The position numbers and the translations under genes were made by a program. From NCBI GenBank assembly GCA_038229875.1, contig JBBROA010000003.1, positions 1,465 to 65,464 of the forward strand: 64,000 nucleotides of DNA, in the 5' to 3' direction. Below the pieces are notes generated by a model, which searched no databases, was not told where the DNA came from, and was given only the letters and a program-made list of their open reading frames with translations. This stretch comes from Thermoanaerobaculia bacterium (GTDB taxonomy: Bacteria; Acidobacteriota; Thermoanaerobaculia; UBA5066; Gp7-AA6). This document shows, in pieces, positions 43,705 through 52,108 of the stretch (positions are counted from its first letter, which is position 1; each line of letters starts with the position of its first letter).

Positions 43705-44846
43705 CTTCCGCGGTCGAAGATTCCGCGGCGGCGCCCGCCCGGATCCGCCGGATCCTCCACGTCGACATGGATGCGTTCTACACGTCCGTCGAGCAGCGGG
43801 ACGATCCCGCGCTGCGCGGGCGGCCCGTGGCCGTCGGAGGCAGGCCGGAAAGCCGCGGCGTGGTTGCCGCCGCGAGCTACGAGGCCCGGGCCTACGGAGT
43901 CCGCTCTGCCCTTCCCATGTCGCGCGCGGTTCGGCTCTGCCCGGAGCTCGTCATCGTTCGCCCGGACTTCGCGAAGTACCGCGCCGTGTCCGAGCGCGTC
44001 TTCCAGATCTTTCGCGAGGCAACCCATCTCGTCGAGGGCCTCTCGCTCGACGAGGCGTATCTGGACGTCACGGAGAACGCGTGGGGGATCCCGCTCGGCG
44101 TGGACGTCGCGCGGAAGATCAAGGCCCGCATCTGCGAGGAAACCTTCCTCACCGCCTCCGCCGGCGTCGCGCCGAACAAGTTCCTGGCGAAGATCGCTTC
44201 GGGATGGAAGAAGCCGGACGGCCTGACGGTGATTGCCCCGGAGCGCGTCGAGGCGTTCCTCCAGAAGCTGCCGGTGGACGCGCTCTGGGGAGTCGGTCCC
44301 GTGACCGCCGGACGGCTCCGGGCGGCCGGGATCGAGCGTCTCGTGGACGTGCGCTCGGCATCGGAAGATGCGCTGCGAACGGCGGTCGGCAGCGTCGGGG
44401 ACTGGCTTCGGAAGCTGGCCCGCGGTGAAGACGACCGCGCGGTGGAGCCCCACCACGAACGAAAGTCGATCGGATCGGAAGAGACCTACGCGCGCGACCT
44501 GGTGGAAAAGGAAAAGATGCGGGAGGAGGTCGCACGCCTGGCGGACGCGTCTGCGCGGTTTCTCGAAAAGAAGGACCTCACCGCGCGGACGGTCGTGCTG
44601 AAGCTGCGCTACTCCAATTTCCAGACGGTGACCCGCAGTGAAACCCGCCGGCCCGCGACCCGATCGGCGGACGAGATCCGCGAGCGTGCGGTCGCGCTCC
44701 TCGAAAAGACCGAAGCCGGGTCGCGCCCGGTCCGGCTCCTCGGAGTCTCTCTGCACAACCTCGAGAGCGGCGCCGCGCCTTCAGACCCGGAGCAGCCGAC
44801 TCTGGAGCTCGCTGCAGATTCTCAGCCTCCGGACCGCGCTCTGTAG
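43701..44846 (+). CDS. dinB: DNA polymerase IV
   Basis: ILHVDMDAFYTSVEQRDDP, SLDEAYLDVT, ASAGVAPNKFLAKIAS; TTG start overlaps the kinase TGA (TTGA). Confidence 0.9.
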   Translation: MTSAVEDSAAAPARIRRILHVDMDAFYTSVEQRDDPALRGRPVAVGGRPESRGVVAAASYEARAYGVRSALPMSRAVRLCPELVIVRPDFAKYRAVSERVFQIFREATHLVEGLSLDEAYLDVTENAWGIPLGVDVARKIKARICEETFLTASAGVAPNKFLAKIASGWKKPDGLTVIAPERVEAFLQKLPVDALWGVGPVTAGRLRAAGIERLVDVRSASEDALRTAVGSVGDWLRKLARGEDDRAVEPHHERKSIGSEETYARDLVEKEKMREEVARLADASARFLEKKDLTARTVVLKLRYSNFQTVTRSETRRPATRSADEIRERAVALLEKTEAGSRPVRLLGVSLHNLESGAAPSDPEQPTLELAADSQPPDRAL

Positions 44847-45007
44847 GCGAGCCAGGCGAACAGGAGGATCAGCACGAAAAGCGCAATCCTCCCGATCCCC
44901 ATCATCCGGGTCCCCGCAACGTGCCGGGTCCCTTTGGGTTTCATTCCGGTGACCGCCGCGATCACCCCGACGATGACCGCGAGACCGAGCCACATCAGCC
45001 AACTCAT
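44822..45007 (-). CDS. small 2-TM membrane protein (61 aa)
   Basis: AAGGAGG 6 nt upstream of ATG 45007; two hydrophobic helices with a basic loop; overlaps the dinB 3' end by 25 nt. Confidence 0.5.
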   Translation of the reverse strand: MSWLMWLGLAVIVGVIAAVTGMKPKGTRHVAGTRMMGIGRIALFVLILLFAWLAYRARSGG

Positions 45008-45008
45008 C

Positions 45009-45183
45009 CGTCGCCTCCTTCGTCGCCTCCGCTCACTACGGGACGTGCCTTCGCTGCGGCGAAGGCACCGGCGAGCGGCTCGCCTGTCGGCTCGACCGCT
45101 CGCCTCATCCCTCCGTTCGCTGCGGCTCCCGCCCCGAGAGCCTCCTCCCTCCCTTCGGTCGGGAGACTTCTCTCGGGGCGAGC
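45009..45183 (-). repeat. dispersed two-hairpin intergenic repeat, copy 2 (inverted orientation; terminal CGTCGCCTCC duplicated)
   Basis: Reverse complement aligns to 61150-61319 and 35317-35530. Confidence 0.8.
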
Positions 45184-45227
45184 TTAACCACCTGCGTCGG
45201 CTAAAGCCATGTCCGTCCTTGGTGCCA

Positions 45228-46715
45228 TCAGCGGATCAGGACGTCGAAGACACCGGTTCGGACTTCTCGCCCGCTTCTTACCTGGACCCAGAGGCGGTAC
45301 GGGCCTGCTTTGGGGAATGCGTAGGGGAAGGAGACTTCGCCCTCGGGTTCTGAGCCATGCATCGACATGTGGGAGGCCGGTGAGGGGGAGGGGTTGCGGC
45401 TCGTGATCTGCTCCAGAGAGGCCATCGAGACTGTTCCCATCGGGTGGAGGTGGACGAAGACGGAGCCGTCGTCTCTCAGGACGGCCGCGTGGGCCATCAT
45501 TCCCATGTACGGCTCGAGGGGCGCGGGGTGGCCGGCGGAATCGCGCACGAGAAATCGCAGCGTGAGCTCTCGGCGCGCGAGGATCGGATCGGCGCCGGCG
45601 TCCCACGTCATCGAGACTCCGCCGCCGAGATCGGAAATCGCGGGCGCCCCGATGACCGGGGGCGCGGGCGCCGACATTCGCGCCGAGTCGTCCGGATCTC
45701 CCGGGAGGGTTTGCACCGCGATCGTGGCGGCGGCCGGAGGAACATCCGCTCGCGCAACCAGCGTCTGCGAGATCCCGGTCTCGTCAGTCACGTCCGCGAA
45801 AATCGAATATGCGCCAGGCGGAAGAGGCGGAAACGGGGACTCGAACGCGCGCTCCGTAACCGGTACGGGGTGCAGGTGCGCGAACGCGTCGAGGCCGGGT
45901 TCCCGCATCGCGAAAAGGTGCACGAGCTTGCCGTGATCGGGAACGAGCGGACGCCATCCCGGACCTCTCCAGGCCGGATCGTCGATGGAGAGCCTGAGGA
46001 CCCGGCCCGCTCCTTCCGGCCGGATGAGGGCCGACGCGCGGTACGGCCGGAAGACCTGGCGCTGCGACGACCTCCGCAGGCGAGAGGACCAGTTGCTCTC
46101 GCCGACCATAAGGAGAAGGAAGACGACTCCCGCCGCCATCGTCGTAAAGGCTGCAGCGCGCCGTTTCGCTACGTTCGGTCTCTCTCCCGGCGGAAGGGTG
46201 CTCTGACTCGCCGCCGCAAAGACGATCGCGAGACCTCCCGCGACCAGGAACACTGCGAGGGCAAGGACGAGAAAGAGCAGGCCCGGGCCCATCGGCAGGA
46301 CCCGGGTCGGAAGCGAAGCGACGGGCACCGATGTCCGCCCCGCGCCCGCGTCTCCTTCGACCGAGATCTCAATCGAGTACGCGCCTTCTTTCATCAGCCA
46401 CAGCGCTCCGGAGTAGAGGCCTGGCTGTCCCTGGACGGGTTTCGCGACGTCGGGGGCCGGCGCCCCGCTCGGTCCTGTGTCGAACGGAACGGGCCGGATC
46501 GTCACGCGCCGGACGCCGGTCGATGCCGTTTTGACGGTGATCTCGGCGAGACCGGGCACGACGCCCGGCGGCTGGATGGTCACGCGCACGGCGTAGGGTC
46601 CCGCCGCGCCCGCAAAAAAAGTATCGGGGCTTCCGACGTGCGCCCGCGCCGGCGTCGCGAGAAGCAGAGCGAGTACCGCGAGCGCCGCGGCGGCGGCTCT
46701 CTTAACGGCGCACAC
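45228..46715 (-). CDS. membrane-anchored His/Met-rich periplasmic protein
   Basis: Trimmed to GTG 46715 (signal AAAALAVLALLLATPARA); motifs FAHLHPVP, VHLHPMG, SHMSMHG; no family assigned. Confidence 0.6.
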   Translation of the reverse strand: MCAVKRAAAAALAVLALLLATPARAHVGSPDTFFAGAAGPYAVRVTIQPPGVVPGLAEITVKTASTGVRRVTIRPVPFDTGPSGAPAPDVAKPVQGQPGLYSGALWLMKEGAYSIEISVEGDAGAGRTSVPVASLPTRVLPMGPGLLFLVLALAVFLVAGGLAIVFAAASQSTLPPGERPNVAKRRAAAFTTMAAGVVFLLLMVGESNWSSRLRRSSQRQVFRPYRASALIRPEGAGRVLRLSIDDPAWRGPGWRPLVPDHGKLVHLFAMREPGLDAFAHLHPVPVTERAFESPFPPLPPGAYSIFADVTDETGISQTLVARADVPPAAATIAVQTLPGDPDDSARMSAPAPPVIGAPAISDLGGGVSMTWDAGADPILARRELTLRFLVRDSAGHPAPLEPYMGMMAHAAVLRDDGSVFVHLHPMGTVSMASLEQITSRNPSPSPASHMSMHGSEPEGEVSFPYAFPKAGPYRLWVQVRSGREVRTGVFDVLIR

Positions 46716-47862
46716 GAGACAGGCGTTCTCCCGCGAGAAGTCCCACCCCCGCGGAAAGGACCGACAGTGCCGCCGCGATTGATAATCCGGCAGCGCTCGC
46801 ATGGTTCGCGGCGCCCTCCGCGAATTCGTATCGCCACGCGGCGTCCGGATGAAAGTAGTACGACCAGTAGAGGTCGCCGAGGAAGAAACCGTTCCGCGCC
46901 GAGGGCGTCATCTGAAAAGACCCGAACGGCCACTGAACGGCCAGAAAAACCACGAAGAACGCTAGCCCGGCAAGAAGCGCGAGCGGGAGGGTGCGGCGGC
47001 GGTTCGCACGCGAGACGAGCAAGTCGATGGCCATCGCCGGAAACACGAGAAGCAAGGGAAAACAGAAGGGGACCATCCGGGTGATCGGGTTGTAGATCGG
47101 CGCGAGGCGTGGCTCTGCCGGAAAGAGCGGGAGGATCCAGTCCATTCCGGCGAAGAGGGCCATGTACACGGCCGCCGCGGCCGTCGCCGCCCACCGCGTC
47201 CGTCCGGCTCTTCCGATGGCGACGAGAAAGGCGGGGAAAACCAGACCCGTAACCGCGTAAAACAGCCAGCCGTGCTGATGCAGGGGGAACGTGTACTCCA
47301 CCAGGAACGTCGCGGCGAGCGTCACCAGGATCCCCGACGCGTAGAGGTAGAGCGCGGCGCTCCGGATCGCGGGTGCTTCCGCTCCGTTCTGGCGGGCGAG
47401 TGCCAGGAGCATCGCCCCGAGCGCGACCGTCACCATGCCGGCGGCGAGAACCGTGTGCGGCGGAGAGATCACCTTCACGTCGAGCCCGTACGCGTTGTGC
47501 CACCAGTCGTCGAACGGAGCGGAGGCGACCATCGCCGCCGAGCCCCACGCGAGCACCCAGGCGCCGAGAGGTCCGTAGAGCCGTCCGATCCGGACGCTCG
47601 CGGCGCGAGCGCGCGGATCGGCGAACGTGGCGTTCCAGACGAGTGCCGCCGCGGAGAGGCCGGCGAGAATGCCGCCTGTGTAGATCGCCAGGTGCGCGGG
47701 CGTCCAGAACGTGTCGCGCCCGATCGAGCGGTGCCAGGAGATGTCCCAGAGAATTCCGACGACGATGCTCGTCGACGCGAGCACCGCGGCCCAGACCGCC
47801 CCGATGAAGACCCGCGGCTCCGGTACGGCGCGCGCGTCGAGAACGGATGACGCGGTGGACAT
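46702..47862 (-). CDS. polytopic (about 10 TM) membrane protein
   Basis: Trimmed to MSTASSVLDAR at 47862; many hydrophobic helices; overlaps the downstream gene start by 14 nt. Confidence 0.65.
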   Translation of the reverse strand: MSTASSVLDARAVPEPRVFIGAVWAAVLASTSIVVGILWDISWHRSIGRDTFWTPAHLAIYTGGILAGLSAAALVWNATFADPRARAASVRIGRLYGPLGAWVLAWGSAAMVASAPFDDWWHNAYGLDVKVISPPHTVLAAGMVTVALGAMLLALARQNGAEAPAIRSAALYLYASGILVTLAATFLVEYTFPLHQHGWLFYAVTGLVFPAFLVAIGRAGRTRWAATAAAAVYMALFAGMDWILPLFPAEPRLAPIYNPITRMVPFCFPLLLVFPAMAIDLLVSRANRRRTLPLALLAGLAFFVVFLAVQWPFGSFQMTPSARNGFFLGDLYWSYYFHPDAAWRYEFAEGAANHASAAGLSIAAALSVLSAGVGLLAGERLSRVRR

Positions 47863-47879
47863 TCCGTTCGGCTCCGGGA

Positions 47880-48653
47880 TCAGCGCCCGAAGCTCTGATA
47901 AAGGAGCAGACCCGCGACGACGAAACCGATCACGATGACAGCCGTCCGCGCGCGGTCCTGTCCGATCTTCCGCGCGAAGCGCGCGCCCGCGTAGCCGCCG
48001 AGGATCGATCCCGCGATCATCACGAGCGCGGCGCGCCACTCGACGGCGCCACGCAGGATGAAGTACGCGGCGGCAATGCCGTTGATGCACATCGCGAAGA
48101 AATTCTTGAGGCCATTCGACGCATGGATGTCGGACAGGCCGAGGAAGCCAAGGACGGCGAGCATCAGGATGCCGATTCCGGCGCCGAAGTAGCCGCCGTA
48201 GACCGCCACCGCGAATTGAAACGGGATCGCGATCGCCAGCCGCCCGGGCGTCCGGCCGAGAGACGCGCTGGAGGTTCCGGCCCACCGCGCGACCGCGCCG
48301 CGGAGCATGAAGAGGACGGTCGCGAAGAGGATCAAGAACGGCGCCAGGTGCTGAAACGCACGGGCCGGCGTGACCAGCAGGAGCGCGGCGCCCGCGGCTC
48401 CTCCGAGCAGACTCGGCAGGAAAAGGGTCGTCAGCCAGCCCCGGTGCTCCAGCACCTCGCGCCGGTACCCGAACAGGCTCGAAGCCGCCCCCGGAAGAAG
48501 CGCGACGGTCGAGGTCGCATTCGCGATGATTGGAGACTCGCCGAGCCAGAGCAGGGTCGGGTAAGTCAGGATCGTGCCTCCGCCCGCCATGGCATTCATC
48601 ACGCCCGCGGCGGCGGACGAGGCGACGAGGGCGGCAATCTGGAGCGGGGTCAC
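47880..48653 (-). CDS. TauE/SafE family sulfite-exporter-like membrane protein
   Basis: GTG 48653; AGGGTILTYPTLL..., GGYFGAGIGILMLAVLG repeats. Confidence 0.75.
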   Translation of the reverse strand: MTPLQIAALVASSAAAGVMNAMAGGGTILTYPTLLWLGESPIIANATSTVALLPGAASSLFGYRREVLEHRGWLTTLFLPSLLGGAAGAALLLVTPARAFQHLAPFLILFATVLFMLRGAVARWAGTSSASLGRTPGRLAIAIPFQFAVAVYGGYFGAGIGILMLAVLGFLGLSDIHASNGLKNFFAMCINGIAAAYFILRGAVEWRAALVMIAGSILGGYAGARFARKIGQDRARTAVIVIGFVVAGLLLYQSFGR

Positions 48654-48690
48654 TTCGTCACGGCGCGCGGAATTGTAGACCCCGGAATCG

Positions 48691-48790
48691 CCCTTGTCCC
48701 GCGGGGCGCGGAAAAGGGACAGGGCTTGTCCCGCGCGGCGCGCGGAGCCGGGACCGGGCTTGTCCCGCGCGGGGCGCGAAGCAGGGACCG
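48691..48790. repeat. three copies of CTTGTCCCGCG(C)GG in divergent intergenic region
   Basis: Copies start near 48692, 48725 and 48758; the first is paired with GGGACAGGG as a hairpin. Confidence 0.45.
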
Positions 48791-48851
48791 CGCCGCGGAA
48801 AACATCGCGCCTGCTAACGTTCAGGAAGCCGACGAAGGGAGAACCGTGACC

Positions 48852-49517
48852 ATGCCCCGGAACGCCAGAGCCCTTCGGGCCGTCCTCTTCGACTGGGATG
48901 GAACGCTTCTCGATTCCGCGGACGCGAGCTTCCGTTGCTATCAGCGCCTGTTTACGCCGTTCGGGATCGACTTCACGCAGGAGGTCTTTGCCCGCACCTA
49001 TGCCCCGGACTGGTACCGGACTTACGAAGGCATCGGCCTGCCTCGCGAGCGCTGGCCCGAAGCCGACGCACGGTGGCTCGAGTTCTACGCGGAGGAATCG
49101 TGCGCTCTGCGCCCCGGAACCGTCGAGGCGCTTGCGCGGATCGGGTCGGCGGGCGTGCTCACCGGGCTCGTGACGAGCGGGAGCCGCGCGCGGGTCGAGA
49201 CTGAGCTCTCGAGGCTCGGCATCGCCGCCGCGTTTTCGACGGTTGTCTGCGGCGAGGACGCGAAGCAGAAGAAGCCGAACCCCGAAGCGCTCCGAACCGC
49301 GCTCACATGGCTGCGGATCTCCGCCGCTGAGGCGGCGTACATCGGCGACAGCCCCGAGGACATCGAGATGGCGCGCGCCGCGGGAGTCTTTGCGGTTGGT
49401 CTGGAGGGGGGATTTCCCAACGCCCAAGCGCTCAAGAGGTCGGAGCCGGACGCCATCGCCGGCGACCTGAAGGAGGCCGTGGACATCGTTCTGGCGCGAT
49501 CGGAGCAGAGGGGTTGA
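48852..49517 (+). CDS. HAD-family hydrolase (phosphoglycolate phosphatase-like)
   Basis: AVLFDWDGTLLDS motif I, LVTSGS motif II, KKPNPE, YIGDSPEDIEMA motif III. Confidence 0.85.
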   Translation: MPRNARALRAVLFDWDGTLLDSADASFRCYQRLFTPFGIDFTQEVFARTYAPDWYRTYEGIGLPRERWPEADARWLEFYAEESCALRPGTVEALARIGSAGVLTGLVTSGSRARVETELSRLGIAAAFSTVVCGEDAKQKKPNPEALRTALTWLRISAAEAAYIGDSPEDIEMARAAGVFAVGLEGGFPNAQALKRSEPDAIAGDLKEAVDIVLARSEQRG

Positions 49518-49611
49518 CCACGTGTAATGGGAGATCCGCTTCGCCCCCCGCCTTGCGCCTCCGGATCGCTTGCCAGCTGACGAGGACGGTAAGGGTCACT
49601 CCCGCCTCGTT

Positions 49612-49646
49612 CGATTGCCGATTCCCGATTTCCGATTCCCGAAATC
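49612..49646. repeat. tandem heptamer array CGATTNC x5
   Basis: CGATTGC CGATTCC CGATTTC CGATTCC CGAAATC. Confidence 0.6.
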
Positions 49647-49695
49647 AGTTGACCGCGGAATACCGCGGCCGTCTCGCTCCCCTTGGTCGCTCGGC
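49646..49695 (+). repeat. CCGCGG-hairpin REP-like element, copy 1
   Basis: CAGTTGACCGCGGAATACCGCGGCCGTCTCGCTCC..TTGGTCGCTCGGC abutting the gltA stop. Confidence 0.7.
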
Positions 49696-51036
49696 TCAGC
49701 GAGACTCGATCGGCAAGAAGTTTCGCTCCTGAGCTCCCGTGTAGATCTGGCGCGGGCGCGCGATCTTCTGCTCGGGATCTCCGAGCATCTCCTGCCACTG
49801 GGCGAGCCAGCCTGACACGCGGGGAATAGCGAACAGCACCGTGAACGCGGCCGTGGGAATCCCGATCGCTTCGTAGATCAGGCCCGAATAGAAATCGACG
49901 TTCGGGTACAACCGGCGTTTGATGAAGTACTCCTCCTGGAGGGCGATCTTTTCGAGCTCGAGCGCGACGTCGAGCAGTGGGTTCCTGCGTGTGACCTGGA
50001 ACACTTCGTCGGCCACCTTCTTGATGATCGTTGCTCTCGGGTCGAAGTTTTTGTAGACCCGATGGCCGAACCCCATCAGCCTCTTTTCCCCCTTGCCGGA
50101 CTTCACCTCTTCGATGAACGCCGGGATATTGGAGACGGAGCCGATCTCCTGGAGCATCTTCAGGACTTCTTCGTTCGCGCCGCCGTGCAGAGGACCGTAG
50201 AGCGCCGCGGCGGCGCCAGCGACCGCCGAATACGGGTCGGTGTGCGAGGAGCCGATTCCGCGCATGACGTGAGTTCCGCAGTTCTGCTCGTGGTCCGCAT
50301 GGAGGATGAAGAGGACGTCGAGCGCCCGCACCAGCACCGGGTCCGGCCTCCAGCTCGACGCCGGGATCCGGAACAGCATATTCAGGAAGTTCTCGGTGTA
50401 GGAGAAGTCGTTGTCCGGATAGACGTAAGGCATACCCATGCTGTGTCGGTAGGCGAACGCGGCGAGGGTCGGCATCTTCGCGATGAGCCGGTGGATCTGC
50501 TTCGTCCGGCCGCCGGCGCTGTGGATGTCCCGGGCGCCCGGGTAGAAGGTCGACATCGCGCCCACCGTCGCGATCAGCATTCCCATGGGATGCGCGTCGT
50601 GGTTGAACCCGTCCATGAACGTCTTCAGGCTCTCGTGGATCATCGTGTGGAACGTGATGTTGTGGACCCACTCGTCGTACTGCGCGCGGCCGGGCAGCTC
50701 GCCATGGAGTAGCAGGTACGCCACCTCGAGGTAGTTGGACCGCTCGGCCAGCTGCTCGATCGGGTACCCGCGATAGCGAAGAATGCCCCGGTCTCCGTCG
50801 ATGAACGTGATCTCGCTGCGGCAGCTCGCCGTGTTCAGGAACGCGGGGTCATAGGACATGAGACCGAAGTCGTCGGGTCCCGTCTTGATCTGCCGCAGGT
50901 CGATGGCGCGGACGGTGCCGTCGGTCACCGGAAGGTCGTACGACTTCCCGGTCCGGTGGTCCACGATCGTCACGGCGTCGCGGCGCTCTCCGCTGGCCTG
51001 CGTGTTTTTTTCTTCGACGGTCGGTGTGGTGGGCAT
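49696..51036 (-). CDS. gltA: citrate synthase
   Basis: AAGGAG + ATG 51036; ILRYRGYPIEQL, ILHADHEQN, GPLHGGANE, GFGHRVYK catalytic blocks. Confidence 0.95.
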   Translation of the reverse strand: MPTTPTVEEKNTQASGERRDAVTIVDHRTGKSYDLPVTDGTVRAIDLRQIKTGPDDFGLMSYDPAFLNTASCRSEITFIDGDRGILRYRGYPIEQLAERSNYLEVAYLLLHGELPGRAQYDEWVHNITFHTMIHESLKTFMDGFNHDAHPMGMLIATVGAMSTFYPGARDIHSAGGRTKQIHRLIAKMPTLAAFAYRHSMGMPYVYPDNDFSYTENFLNMLFRIPASSWRPDPVLVRALDVLFILHADHEQNCGTHVMRGIGSSHTDPYSAVAGAAAALYGPLHGGANEEVLKMLQEIGSVSNIPAFIEEVKSGKGEKRLMGFGHRVYKNFDPRATIIKKVADEVFQVTRRNPLLDVALELEKIALQEEYFIKRRLYPNVDFYSGLIYEAIGIPTAAFTVLFAIPRVSGWLAQWQEMLGDPEQKIARPRQIYTGAQERNFLPIESR

Positions 51037-51227
51037 CGGGAACTCCTTCGCTTCGACAGGGCTCTCGGGGGAGATCATTATATGGACCGCTCCCCTCGTT
51101 TTCCTGAGCGAGAATCGCGCCGATGCCGAGCGTCGGGCACATCGCGGCGGGCGCCACGGCAGGCCGGGCTCTGACCCGAGGCACGGGGGAAAGCCCGCTG
51201 ATACGCTCGAGCCGTGAACGCGATCGA

Positions 51228-51704
51228 ATGGCTCGAGAGCTTCTGATGCAAAGCCTGCAGGAGACCTGGGCCCCCGGGAATCGGTGTTTCGGCTGCGGGC
51301 CGGCGAACGACAAAGGTCTTCGGATCCGAAGCTTCGTCGAAGGCGACGAGGTGGTTTGCGACTGGAGGCCGGAGCCCCATCATCAGGCGTTCGAGGGCGT
51401 GTTGAACGGTGGCATCTGCGGAGCGCTGCTCGACTGCCACAGCAACTGGGCAGCGACGCATCATCTCCAGCAGAAATCCGGCTCGTTGACGCCGCCGTGC
51501 ACTGTCACCGCGGATTTTCATGTTGTGCTGAAGCGTCCCACACCGATGGACGGGCCGCTCCGGCTGCGCGCGCGGATCCTCGACTCGTCCACGGATCGGG
51601 CCACCGTCGAAGCGACCCTGGAGGCCAACGGCAAGATCACGGCGACGTGCCGCGGGACCTTCGTCGCCGTGGGTCAAGGACATCCGGCGTTCCATCGGTG
51701 GTAG
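51228..51704 (+). CDS. PaaI/hotdog-fold thioesterase
   Basis: NRCFGCGPANDKGL...FEGVLNGGICGALLDCH... typical PaaI-type pattern. Confidence 0.75.
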   Translation: MARELLMQSLQETWAPGNRCFGCGPANDKGLRIRSFVEGDEVVCDWRPEPHHQAFEGVLNGGICGALLDCHSNWAATHHLQQKSGSLTPPCTVTADFHVVLKRPTPMDGPLRLRARILDSSTDRATVEATLEANGKITATCRGTFVAVGQGHPAFHRW

Positions 51705-51707
51705 CGG

Positions 51708-51759
51708 GAGCCGAGCGACCAACGGGAGCGAGACCGCCACGGCACTCCGCGGTCAACTG
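51708..51759 (-). repeat. CCGCGG-hairpin REP-like element, copy 2 (degenerate, inverted)
   Basis: Reverse complement CAGTTGACCGCGGAGTGCCGTGGCGGTCTCGCTCCCGTTGGTCGCTCGGCTC. Confidence 0.65.
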
Positions 51760-51973
51760 ATCGAAAGGATTACGGAGCAGCGGCGGCCTACGTTTCGATT
51801 CCCGGCCGCCCGATCTCAGTTTCTCCGTTGCTCCCAACGCCCGAGCCTTTTGAGGCGTAAACCAGGCGTGCTGAAATTCCTGCGCCGGCTGACCCTCCTT
51901 CTCGTGGCACTCGCGCTTCTCGCGGCGCTCGGATAGTTCCGGACCCCGCCGGGGTCGTTACGCGATTTCCGAG

Positions 51974-52079
51974 CTGGTTGACCGCGGAGTACCGCGGCCG
52001 TCTCGCTCCCGACCAGTTGACCGCGGAATACCGCGGCCGTCTCGCTCCTGTTGGTCGCTCGGCTCGGTCGCTCGGCTCC
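51974..52079 (+). repeat. CCGCGG-hairpin REP-like elements, copies 3 and 4 in tandem
   Basis: CTGGTTGACCGCGGAGTACCGCGGCCGTCTCGCTCC then CAGTTGACCGCGGAATACCGCGGCCGTCTCGCTCC..TTGGTCGCTCGGCTC. Confidence 0.7.
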
Positions 52080-52108
52080 CGATTTACGACTACCGACTAC
52101 CCTCCTCT

